Source: Candidatus Omnitrophota bacterium (GTDB lineage: Bacteria; Omnitrophota; Gorgyraeia; Pluralincolimonadales; Pluralincolimonadaceae). From it: 64,000 bases of DNA. The position numbers and the translations under genes were made by a program. Shown here in pieces: positions 55,675-64,000 of the stretch. The DNA lies in the NCBI GenBank assembly GCA_030695925.1, contig JAUYOH010000139.1, forward strand, positions 15,142 through 79,141, given 5' to 3'. The notes under the pieces are model-generated. The model ran no database searches, was not told the origin of the DNA, and saw only the letters and a list, made by a program, of their open reading frames with translations. The first letter of the stretch is position 1. Each line of letters begins with the position of its first letter.

Positions 55675-56333
55675 GCGTTAAAGGTGCTATCTTTGATTTA
55701 GACGGTGTCGTCGTCAATACCGCGAAGTTCCATTATATGGGATGGAAGAAACTGGCCGATGAGATCGGTGCCCCTTTTGATGAAGTAAAGAACGAGAAAT
55801 TAAAGGGGCTAAGCCGGAGAGATTCCCTCTTGGCCCTTCTCGGTTACACGCCGGATGAAAAGAAAATCGACGAATTATGTGAACAGAAAAATAAGTATTA
55901 TCTGGAATTCGTCAGTCGCATAGACCGCAGCCAGATACTTCCCGGTGCTTTAGAGTTGATCGAAGAGATACATAAGGCAAAAGATTGGAAACAAGCCCTT
56001 GCTTCTTCAAGTAAAAACGCGAGGACCGTTCTTAAAAAACTGGATATCGAAAAGTACTTCGATGCGGCTGTGGATGGGACGGAGACGAAGAAGACTAAAC
56101 CTGATCCCGAACTGTTCCTGAAAGCGGCATCACGGCTAGGGTTGACCTCTGATAATGTCGTTGTCTTTGAGGACGCCGAATCCGGCGTACGGGCAGCTAA
56201 GAGCGGCGGGATGCTGGTAGTCGGAGTCGGAGACAGAAAGATATTACACGAAGCCGACCTCGTCATAAAAGACCTCTCGGAGATCGATATCGCCGGAATC
56301 GAGAAATTGTTCAGAGAAAAAGGAAAAGCATAG
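55671..56333 (+). CDS. pgmB: Beta-phosphoglucomutase (HAD superfamily)
   Basis: 220 aa. DLDGVV nucleophile motif, KGLSRRDSL, KTKPDPELFL and EDAESGVRAAKSGGM. Immediately upstream of the GH65 gene. Confidence 0.85.
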   Translation: MSVKGAIFDLDGVVVNTAKFHYMGWKKLADEIGAPFDEVKNEKLKGLSRRDSLLALLGYTPDEKKIDELCEQKNKYYLEFVSRIDRSQILPGALELIEEIHKAKDWKQALASSSKNARTVLKKLDIEKYFDAAVDGTETKKTKPDPELFLKAASRLGLTSDNVVVFEDAESGVRAAKSGGMLVVGVGDRKILHEADLVIKDLSEIDIAGIEKLFREKGKA

Positions 56334-58619
56334 ATGTCTCGACAGGATTGGCTCATCGAGGAGAAGAAGTATTCGTCAAAGAAGGAGTTATACTGGGAGA
56401 CCATATTCGCCCTCTCCAACGGCTATATGGCATCCAGAGGGGTCCTTGAAGAAAACCATTTTTGCCCGCAAGTAAAGTCATGTTTCGGCACTTATGTCGC
56501 TGGTATTTTTGATAAATATAGCGGGAACTATCAAGCCATCGTCAACCAGCCGGATTTTTTTAACACCGGAGTCTATGTCAACGGTGAATTGATGAATATG
56601 AACGAGGGCAAGTTCGAGAATTATACGCGGTATCTGGATATGTATGACGGCGTTCTTGTCCGTAAATTCATATGGACTAGCCCAAGGAAAAAGAAGACCG
56701 AGTTTGAGATCACTCGCTTCATCAGCAAGGCCGACGAACATCTCGCTGTTTTGCATTATAAGATAAGGCCTCTGAACTATAACGGAGAAATCAGGATTAA
56801 TAATGTTCTCGACGGGAATGTCACGAATATTGATTTCCATATCAGCGGTTATCAGCTCAGGGACGAAAAATACTATTTTATAGATGACAAGTATGAAGCC
56901 GGCGGCCTGCCCGACGGGGGATATCTGACCGTAAATACGAAGATGACACAGATGTCGGTCTGCGAGGCGTTCAGATGCGAGGTCCGCGAGAACGAAGAAA
57001 AGATTTCAGCAAAAATAAATAGCAAAACCCGTAAGCTTCTTCTGGATAACGATGTCCGGTTTAGGGCCAGTAAAGGGACATCCTATTCATTCCTGAAATT
57101 GATCGCCGTTTATTCTTCCAAGGACGGCGTCTCCGATTTAAGGCGTTCCTGCGCCAATAAATTGAAAGAAGCCTCATCAAAAGGATACGACCGGCTTTTG
57201 GCGGAACACGCCGGAAAATGGAACAAGATCTGGGATGTCAGCGACGTCAGGATCGAGGGCGATAAGAGAGACCAGAGAAACGTCAGGTTCAACATCTATC
57301 ACCTCATCCAGATGGGTAACAAGAAGAATCCCCGCGTTAATATCGGTTCCCGCGGCCTGACCAGCGAGATGCATTACGGTAATTGTTTTTGGGATACCGA
57401 ACTTTTCATAATGCCTTTCTTTATCTTTACCGACCCTGATACGGCCAAGGCATTGGTCAAATACCGTTACCTGACCCTGCCCGCGGCAAGAGAGAAAGCC
57501 AAGAGATTATTGTTTAAAGGCGCGATGTATCAATGGATGAGTTCATATCCCGGACACGAACAAGCCGATTATTGGGAATACGCCAATATCGCGGTCCATA
57601 TCGTCTCCGACGTCACCTTCGGCCTGATGAATTATTATTACGCGACCAACGATACGCGGCTTATGCTCGATTGCGGCCTGGAGATGCTTATCGAGACCGC
57701 GCGTTTTTGGGTAAGCCGTGTCGATTATAGCCCGATAAGGAAACGCTATGTCATGAATCTGGTGAAGGGGCCTAACGAATACGGGATCGTCAATAACAAC
57801 ACCTATACCAACTGGAACGCGCGCTGGAACCTCATTCAGGCCACGAAGATGGTTGAATGGGCAAGGAAGAACCATCCCGATAAGCTTAAGAAAGTCTCAC
57901 GAAAGATCAAGTTCGGCCTCAAAGAGACAAGGGACTGGACGAAGATCATCGATAATATATACATAAATTACGATAAGAAAAGAGACTTGTATATCGAGGA
58001 TGACCAGTTCCTTGAGAAGAGGCCGGTAGATATAAGGAAGATGAAACCGGGAAAAATCATAACTACGGAATTAGGTTACTCGTGGGACACTTTCCTCAGG
58101 CTTAAAATCGTCAAACAGGCCGATGTCTTGCTTCTGATGTATCTGCACAGGGAGAACTTCACGAGGAAACAGCTCTTGAACGCGTGGAAGTTTTATGAGC
58201 CGATGACTCTTCACGATTCTTCCTTGAGCTATAATACACATTCGATCATAGCCAACGAACTTGGAGACAAGAAAAAGAGTGACCTTTATTTCCAGCAGAC
58301 AGCGCGATTGGATTTGGAAGACGTGATGGCAAACACGTTCTTAGGCATACATTCCGCCAGCGCCGGAGGGACATGGCAGTGTGTGGTTCGTGGCTTTTGC
58401 GGGATGAGAATGGATATGGAGCATAACAGGATCGAATTTAACCCGAACCTGCCGGACCGATGGAAGAGAGTTAATTTTAAGATCGTTTATAAGGGCAATC
58501 TGTTCGCGGTCAGCGTTGAAGGGAAGAAGGTGCGGATAACGCATGAGAAGGCATATGAAAGTTCTTCTTCTGTCCGGGTCGAAGGTAATAAAATCATTGA
58601 CGGAAACCCAAGTTCTTGA
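56334..58619 (+). CDS. GH65-family disaccharide phosphorylase (maltose/kojibiose/trehalose/nigerose phosphorylase-like)
   Basis: 761 aa. WLIEEKKYSSKKELYWETIFALSNGYMASRG, FWDTELFIMPFF and KQADVLLLMYL match GH65 signatures. Confidence 0.85.
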   Translation: MSRQDWLIEEKKYSSKKELYWETIFALSNGYMASRGVLEENHFCPQVKSCFGTYVAGIFDKYSGNYQAIVNQPDFFNTGVYVNGELMNMNEGKFENYTRYLDMYDGVLVRKFIWTSPRKKKTEFEITRFISKADEHLAVLHYKIRPLNYNGEIRINNVLDGNVTNIDFHISGYQLRDEKYYFIDDKYEAGGLPDGGYLTVNTKMTQMSVCEAFRCEVRENEEKISAKINSKTRKLLLDNDVRFRASKGTSYSFLKLIAVYSSKDGVSDLRRSCANKLKEASSKGYDRLLAEHAGKWNKIWDVSDVRIEGDKRDQRNVRFNIYHLIQMGNKKNPRVNIGSRGLTSEMHYGNCFWDTELFIMPFFIFTDPDTAKALVKYRYLTLPAAREKAKRLLFKGAMYQWMSSYPGHEQADYWEYANIAVHIVSDVTFGLMNYYYATNDTRLMLDCGLEMLIETARFWVSRVDYSPIRKRYVMNLVKGPNEYGIVNNNTYTNWNARWNLIQATKMVEWARKNHPDKLKKVSRKIKFGLKETRDWTKIIDNIYINYDKKRDLYIEDDQFLEKRPVDIRKMKPGKIITTELGYSWDTFLRLKIVKQADVLLLMYLHRENFTRKQLLNAWKFYEPMTLHDSSLSYNTHSIIANELGDKKKSDLYFQQTARLDLEDVMANTFLGIHSASAGGTWQCVVRGFCGMRMDMEHNRIEFNPNLPDRWKRVNFKIVYKGNLFAVSVEGKKVRITHEKAYESSSSVRVEGNKIIDGNPSS

Positions 58620-58631
58620 TAAAGTTAAATT

Positions 58632-60044
58632 ATGAAAGTTAAATTAGAGACGAAAGCAATTGTTTTAGCGGCTCTCGCCGTTTTTGCCTGTAATTTTTTG
58701 GGTTGCGCCGGCAGCGGCGCCCACACCGATACCGTCAAAATAACCTACTGGGAGAAATGGACCGGTTTTGAAGGCGACGCCATGCAGGCCGTCGTTGACC
58801 TGTTTAATTCCAGAAAGATAAAGAATAAGGAGGGTAAGGTCATTCAGGTCGAGATGATAACGACGAGCCAGCTTGACAGGCGCCTCCTGACCGCGGCCGC
58901 CGGCGGAAATCCTCCCGACGTAGCGGGAGTCTGGACATGGCTCGTCACCGTTTACGCGGAAAAAGGGGCAATTCTTCCCATTGATGATTATTTGAAAGAG
59001 GCGGGCATAACCGAGGAACGCTACGTGCCTGTTTTCTGGGAGATATGCAAGTATAAGGATAAGATGTGGGGGTTGCCTTCGACTCCGGCCTCAGTGGCGC
59101 TTCATTGGAATAAACGCCTTTTCAGGGAAGCCGGCCTTGACCCGAACGCTCCGCCGAAGACGATACAGGAATTGGATGAGATGGCGGAAAAATTGACCCT
59201 GATACAATTGCCTAATCAGGAAAAGCCGGTATCTTTTTATGAATTAAAGACGAGGAAGAACCACGAGGAATTGCTTGCCGCGGGCAAGATCATTCAGATG
59301 GGATTCCTGCCTTCTGAACCGGGATGGTGGCCATGGTTTTGGGGTTATTGGTTCGGCGGCAGGCTATGGGATGAGAAAGACACCATAACGACCGACGATC
59401 CCGGGAACATCGAAGCCTATAATTGGGTAAGTTCTTATTCCTTAAAATACGGCGTTGATAATGTAAATAAATTTTCAAGCAGTTTCGGCGTCTTCGCCTC
59501 GCCTCAGAACGCTTTCCTTTCATCGAAAATCGCCATGGTAGTGCAGGGCGTTTGGATGTATAATTTTATAGACAAATACGCCACCGGGATGGATTGGGCA
59601 GCGGCGCCTTTCCCTTCTGATGAGGGCAGATTAAAAGATGTCTCCTATGTCGAGGCGGATATCCTGATCATTCCCAAGGGCGCCAAGCATCCGGATGAGG
59701 CATTCAAGTTTATAAGTTTCGTGAATACGCAGGAAGCCATGGAACTCTTATGCGAAGGCCAGAGAAAATTTACGCCGCTTAAAGAGGTGAGCGAAGGCTT
59801 TTACGCCAGAAGTAAAAATCCCTATATACGCATGTTCAGGAAACTGGCCGAAAGCCCCAACGGCTTCATCACGCCGAAGATAATAATCTGGCAGGAATAT
59901 CAGAGAGAGATAGGTTTCGCAACCGATATGATACGCAACCTCAAGGCAACGCCTAAAGCCGCTTTAACGCAAGCCCGGAAAATTATGCAGATAAGGTTAG
60001 GCAGGGAACTTGAGATATCAAAGAGAGCCGAGAAGGAGAAATGA
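58632..60044 (+). CDS. ABC transporter sugar-binding lipoprotein
   Basis: 470 aa with lipobox NFLGCAG. Family-1 SBP-like sequence (ITYWEKWTGFEGDAMQAVVDLFN). Confidence 0.8.
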   Translation: MKVKLETKAIVLAALAVFACNFLGCAGSGAHTDTVKITYWEKWTGFEGDAMQAVVDLFNSRKIKNKEGKVIQVEMITTSQLDRRLLTAAAGGNPPDVAGVWTWLVTVYAEKGAILPIDDYLKEAGITEERYVPVFWEICKYKDKMWGLPSTPASVALHWNKRLFREAGLDPNAPPKTIQELDEMAEKLTLIQLPNQEKPVSFYELKTRKNHEELLAAGKIIQMGFLPSEPGWWPWFWGYWFGGRLWDEKDTITTDDPGNIEAYNWVSSYSLKYGVDNVNKFSSSFGVFASPQNAFLSSKIAMVVQGVWMYNFIDKYATGMDWAAAPFPSDEGRLKDVSYVEADILIIPKGAKHPDEAFKFISFVNTQEAMELLCEGQRKFTPLKEVSEGFYARSKNPYIRMFRKLAESPNGFITPKIIIWQEYQREIGFATDMIRNLKATPKAALTQARKIMQIRLGRELEISKRAEKEK

Positions 60045-60925
60045 CTAGAGGGGAAAGAAATAATTTAGTAAAAGGCCTTTTATTCACCTCGCCGTGGCTT
60101 ATAGGATTCTCCATCTTTGTGATATATCCCGTTATAGCCTCCCTGTATTATAGTTTTTGTCATTATTCCGTCCTGCAGCCGGCGCGTTTCATAGGGCTTC
60201 TCAATTATAAAGACCTGTTTACTGACCCGATCTTCTGGAAAGCCCTGTGGAATACCTTCTATTTCGCTATTTTCACCATACCCTTAGGGTTCGTGATGTC
60301 ATTGGGCCTTGCGATGCTGCTGAATACGAAAGTAAAGGGAATGGCGTTTTACAGGCTGATATTCTTTATACCGTCTTTGGTCCCGATGGTGGCAGGCTCG
60401 ATGCTGTGGATGTGGATCTTTAACGGAGAATACGGGCTCCTTAATAACTTTCTTATGAAACTTGGGCTCGCGAATCCTCCTAATTGGCTGATGGATGTCA
60501 AGTTTGCCAAAAACGCGATTGTGATCATGAGCCTGTGGGGACTGGGGCAGACGATCGTAATATATCTTGCGGGGCTGCAGGATGTGCCGGTAAGCCAGCT
60601 TGAAGCCGCCGAACTTGACGGGGCGAACTGGTTTGATAAGCTGATCCACGTTACCATACCAATGATCTCGCCGGTGATCTATTTTAATGTCGTCATTGGT
60701 ATCATAGGCAGCTTTCAGGTCTTCGGTCAGGCGTATATAATGACCGGCGGCGGGCCGCAGCGTTCGACCACATTTTATGCCCTCTATCTTTATCAGACGG
60801 CCTTTGAGGATTTCCGCATGGGGTATGCGAGCGCTATGGCGTGGATATTATTTATCATAATCCTGATCCTGACCATATGGGTCAGTAAGATCTCCAAAAA
60901 GAAGGTTTATTATCACGGAGGCTAA
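60041..60925 (+). CDS. ABC sugar transporter permease (MalF/UgpA-like)
   Basis: 294 aa with 6 TM segments. EAA loop LEAAELDGANWFDKLIHVTIPMISP. Confidence 0.85.
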   Translation: MTRGERNNLVKGLLFTSPWLIGFSIFVIYPVIASLYYSFCHYSVLQPARFIGLLNYKDLFTDPIFWKALWNTFYFAIFTIPLGFVMSLGLAMLLNTKVKGMAFYRLIFFIPSLVPMVAGSMLWMWIFNGEYGLLNNFLMKLGLANPPNWLMDVKFAKNAIVIMSLWGLGQTIVIYLAGLQDVPVSQLEAAELDGANWFDKLIHVTIPMISPVIYFNVVIGIIGSFQVFGQAYIMTGGGPQRSTTFYALYLYQTAFEDFRMGYASAMAWILFIIILILTIWVSKISKKKVYYHGG

Positions 60926-60931
60926 GTTCTT

Positions 60932-62083
60932 ATGCCGCAGAGTAGAACTACAAGATTATTAATACACTTGGCGCTTATCGCCTGTTCGATAGTTTTTGTC
61001 ATACCGTTTGCTTGGGTCATGGCCACATCCTTAAAGCCGGTCGAGCAGACGATGACCGTTCCGCCTACATGGATACCGAAGACCTACTACGTTAAATTTA
61101 AGGGAAAACAGGTCGAGGTAAAAAAAGGCATCACGACACAGGAACCCGGCTTTATAGCGGTCGTGACAGAAGGACCCAAAAAGGGAGAGCGCCTTTTCGT
61201 GCCTAAATCCCAGTTCAGGGAAGGCAAAGCTTTGCTGCAGGTGCAGGTCGCCGACAGGATATTTGAGGATTATTATCTCATCAACATAGAAAAAGAAGTA
61301 GGAACCGGATGGGTACAGGTGGTCGAAAAGACCTCCGGGCAATACGCCAAGACAGGGCCCTACTGGACGTTTGTCCCGCCGCAGGAGGTCACGGAAAGAG
61401 TGAAGTTCTGGTGGGATAATTATGCGGCGGTGTTCAGGAAGATCCCTTTCTTTAATTATACCAAAAATACTTTAATAGTATGTATCCTCGGGTCTTTGGG
61501 CGTAACTCTTTCGAGCGCCCTCGTTGCCTACGGATTCGCGAGGATACGCTGGCCGGGAAGGGACTTTATATTTATGCTAACACTTTCGTCCATGATGATT
61601 CCTTTCGCGGTCACCATGGTGCCTCTTTACGGCGTATTTAAGGCCTTCGGCTGGATAGGGACGCTAAAGCCTCTTTGGATGCCGGCTCTCTTCGGAGGCG
61701 CCTTTGACATATTTCTGCTGAAGCAATTTTTTATGACAATTCCCAAGGATTTGACCGACGCCGCCAGAGTCGACGGATGCAGCGAACTCGGCATATTCTT
61801 CAGGATAATGCTTCCTCTGTCAAAGCCCGCGCTTACGGTCGTCGCGCTTTTTCATTTTATGTATTCGTGGAACGATTTTATGGGACCGTTAATCTTCCTG
61901 ACGAACAAGGATACTTATACCCTGTCGTTAGGCCTGCAGGTCTTTCAGAGCCAGCAGGGCGGTACGGAATGGCACCTCCTGATGGCCGCTTCCGCGATGG
62001 TAATCCTGCCTATCTTAATCATGTTCTTCTTTGCCCAGAAGACCTTCATACAGGGTGTAGCCCTCACAGGACTAAAGGAATAA
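60932..62083 (+). CDS. ABC sugar transporter permease (MalG/UgpE-like) with a large periplasmic insertion
   Basis: 383 aa. EAA loop LTDAARVDGCSELGIFFRIMLPLSKP. Roughly 130 extra residues lie between TM1 and TM2. Confidence 0.85.
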   Translation: MPQSRTTRLLIHLALIACSIVFVIPFAWVMATSLKPVEQTMTVPPTWIPKTYYVKFKGKQVEVKKGITTQEPGFIAVVTEGPKKGERLFVPKSQFREGKALLQVQVADRIFEDYYLINIEKEVGTGWVQVVEKTSGQYAKTGPYWTFVPPQEVTERVKFWWDNYAAVFRKIPFFNYTKNTLIVCILGSLGVTLSSALVAYGFARIRWPGRDFIFMLTLSSMMIPFAVTMVPLYGVFKAFGWIGTLKPLWMPALFGGAFDIFLLKQFFMTIPKDLTDAARVDGCSELGIFFRIMLPLSKPALTVVALFHFMYSWNDFMGPLIFLTNKDTYTLSLGLQVFQSQQGGTEWHLLMAASAMVILPILIMFFFAQKTFIQGVALTGLKE

Positions 62084-62087
62084 GACA

Positions 62088-64000
62088 ATGGCCGGTCTGT
62101 ATAATCTCGAGAACGGCCGTATTAGGATAGCTGTAACTAAATCCGGTATTATCACCTCCATCTATAATAAAAAGACGGGCACCGAGTACATAGAAAAGAA
62201 TAAGGGCTCGGGATGGAAACTTGTCGTTACCCTGCGGGGATGGACCGAGTATCCGGTATTTGATTATATGAATTCCGGACGGATAGTGAAGAAAGACGAC
62301 GGCATCGAGATCTCCTTTGGACGGCTGAAGGGCTTGGAGGGTGACACCCTTTCCATCTCGATGAAGTTATATTTCAGGCTGGAAGGAGAGGACATTGTCA
62401 TGCGGGCCGTTTTGAAGAACAACTCGCATGAGACGGTACGGGAGATATGGTTCCCGCTTGTCTCCGGTTTAAACAAGATATCTTCGTCGAAGGATAAGCC
62501 TCTTCTTACGATTCCCTTATGGATGGGTAACAAAGTAGAGGATCCGGCCGCTACCCTGCCTCTTGCCTGGGACGCGAAATGGAAATTGGTCTTGATGTAT
62601 CCGGGCGTGTGCTCGATGCCATGGTTCGATTTTTGTAACGAGAAAGAAGGGCTCTACCTAGCCTCGCATGATCTGACCTTCCAGACCACCACTCTTCTTA
62701 CGCGCAGAAGGGAGCAAAACAAGGACTTCCAAATCGCCGTCGTAAAATATCCTTTTATCGAGCCCGGTCAATCATGGTCGGCGGGAGACCTTATTATCTC
62801 GGCCCATAAGGGGGACTGGCACATCGGCGCTAAAAAATACAGGCAATTCGCCGATACATGGCTCGAGGAACGCAAGGATGTTCCGGCGTGGATAGATGAG
62901 GCGCCGGGCATATGCGATCTTTTTATGAAACATCAGAATAAGAGGGTATATTTCGGTTATGATGAACTGCCGCGGATAAATAGGGAGAATAAAAAGAAAG
63001 GGCTGAATATCCCTCTATATATATTCTCATGGTATAAGAACGGCCACGATGTCGGTTACCCGGAATATTCTCCCGATCCGGCTATGGGAGGGGAAGCGAA
63101 ATTAAGGAAAGCCCTTAAGGCGGTAAAAAAAGACGGCGGACACGCGATACTTTATACGCAGGGAAGGCTGATAGACCTACAGACGGATTTTTATAAAAAG
63201 ACCGGCAGGAAGATATGCATAGTGAATAAGGAAGGGGTTTTTTATCCCGATAATTATTCATGGCCCATTCAGGGGACAGTGACTCCCAATAAGCTTTTCG
63301 CGATAGCCTGCCCGGCGACTAGTCAGTGGAAGAAGCAATTAATAAAGCAGGCCCGTATGGTAGGAGGTTTCGGCGCGAACGGGCTTTTATACGATCAGTT
63401 CGGCGGCGACCATCCGTATCTATGTTTCGCCAAGGATCATGGCCATTTCAAGCCCAGTTTAAATTTCGCTAAAAAGGTAGACCTCTTAAGAGAGGTGCGT
63501 AGGGACGTAAAAGCCCGGAACCCCGACTTCGCCGTAATGGTGGAACTGGTATGCGATGTATTTATTCAGTTTGCCGATCTAGCGCACTCCCTTTTCGAGA
63601 GTTTCAGGAAGGACGAGATGATATTACCTATGCCGGAACTATATCGTTATACTTTTCCCGAGCATATCCTGACGAGCCGCGACGCTTGCGATATAGCGGG
63701 CGTAAACTGGGCTTTCGTTCTCGGCCTGCGACAGGAGTACTGGAGGATGACAGAACCTTTCGAACACGTTGACCGGAAATTCGACAACGACCCGGAGCAA
63801 AAATGGATCGCAGCCTATATGAAACACATGCTGAAATTGAAGGGTTATACCGAAAAATTATTTAGATTTAAACAACGATGGAGCAAATATCTGATTACGG
63901 CAAATTTCTTGGATGTCGAGGAGTTAAGGTGGTCGCCGAAGGACGTCGAACTTAAACGGTTTGCTCCCCGGGATAACGATGGGGAGGCGATACTGGCTTG
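62088..64000 (+). CDS. Glycoside-hydrolase-like protein, paralogue of the giant protein core (3' end beyond window; absent from ORF track)
   Basis: ATG at 62088, 5 nt after the permease stop. I translated 637 codons to the window end without meeting a stop (MAGLYNLENGRIRIAVTKSG...). It is co-linear with the giant protein: N-terminal beta-sandwich, then LYIFSWYKNGHDVGYPEYSPD...LLYDQFGG versus VTFWEKGFDKNYPDYLPP...ILFEDQLGA. Confidence 0.7.
   Translation, partial: MAGLYNLENGRIRIAVTKSGIITSIYNKKTGTEYIEKNKGSGWKLVVTLRGWTEYPVFDYMNSGRIVKKDDGIEISFGRLKGLEGDTLSISMKLYFRLEGEDIVMRAVLKNNSHETVREIWFPLVSGLNKISSSKDKPLLTIPLWMGNKVEDPAATLPLAWDAKWKLVLMYPGVCSMPWFDFCNEKEGLYLASHDLTFQTTTLLTRRREQNKDFQIAVVKYPFIEPGQSWSAGDLIISAHKGDWHIGAKKYRQFADTWLEERKDVPAWIDEAPGICDLFMKHQNKRVYFGYDELPRINRENKKKGLNIPLYIFSWYKNGHDVGYPEYSPDPAMGGEAKLRKALKAVKKDGGHAILYTQGRLIDLQTDFYKKTGRKICIVNKEGVFYPDNYSWPIQGTVTPNKLFAIACPATSQWKKQLIKQARMVGGFGANGLLYDQFGGDHPYLCFAKDHGHFKPSLNFAKKVDLLREVRRDVKARNPDFAVMVELVCDVFIQFADLAHSLFESFRKDEMILPMPELYRYTFPEHILTSRDACDIAGVNWAFVLGLRQEYWRMTEPFEHVDRKFDNDPEQKWIAAYMKHMLKLKGYTEKLFRFKQRWSKYLITANFLDVEELRWSPKDVELKRFAPRDNDGEAILA

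Noticed and set aside
1-64000. Search for CRISPR arrays, tRNA/rRNA genes, IS elements, integrases, prophage or defence-system genes.
   Set aside because: The intergenic regions are short (the longest are about 130-390 nt) and are explained by promoters, operators or hairpins. No repeat-spacer periodicity, no cloverleaf-like segments and no transposase, integrase or reverse-transcriptase motifs were seen in the ORF set.

Overview
Gene-dense bacterial (diderm) chromosomal segment, almost entirely on the + strand. By eye I found no rRNA, tRNA, CRISPR array, transposase, integrase or phage genes. It falls into three blocks.

(1) 1-9.3 kb, envelope core. The dnaB 3' end is followed by bamA-skp-lpxD, a fused lpxC-fabZ, lpxA and an lpxI-like gene. 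Next come an orphan OmpR-type regulator with an atypical receiver, then a Fur/PerR-like regulator and peroxiredoxin pair on the minus strand.

(2) 9.4-32.3 kb, nitrogen/glutamine island. In order:
- an unlisted 58-aa Zn-ribbon ORF, an outer-membrane barrel candidate, amt and P-II
- a Fis-type HTH mini-protein, gltB, gltD and an extra GltB FMN-domain paralogue
- carA, carB, pyrG, a GSI-beta glnA, nadE, a GSI-alpha glnA and a GAF-ANTAR regulator

A composite DNA motif (GATTTAAC-N5-CGTAAT[A/C]-N2, 22-bp register) is shared by the upstream regions of the amt operon and of glnA.

(3) 32.3-64 kb, glycan-utilisation region. It holds GH35, a ROK regulator, two solute-binding proteins, two ABC permeases, three glycoside-phosphorylase families (GH94, GH130, GH65) and beta-phosphoglucomutase. 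An ATP-grasp / methyltransferase / TldD-PmbA module interrupts it.

The most novel-looking part is 46.1-54.7 kb:
- A LacI-family regulator sits with five copies of a 14-bp palindromic operator (TTGAA-N4-TTCAA) at three promoters.
- These promoters drive four ~190-aa secreted paralogues of unknown function, one with a PEP-CTERM anchor.
- The same ~150-aa module recurs at the N-terminus of a 1578-aa secreted multidomain protein that is translationally coupled to the phosphorylase genes.

An ORF that runs off the 3' end (62088 to beyond 64000) is missing from the supplied ORF track. It is paralogous to the central module of the giant protein.

All family assignments come from motif recognition by eye; no searches were run.
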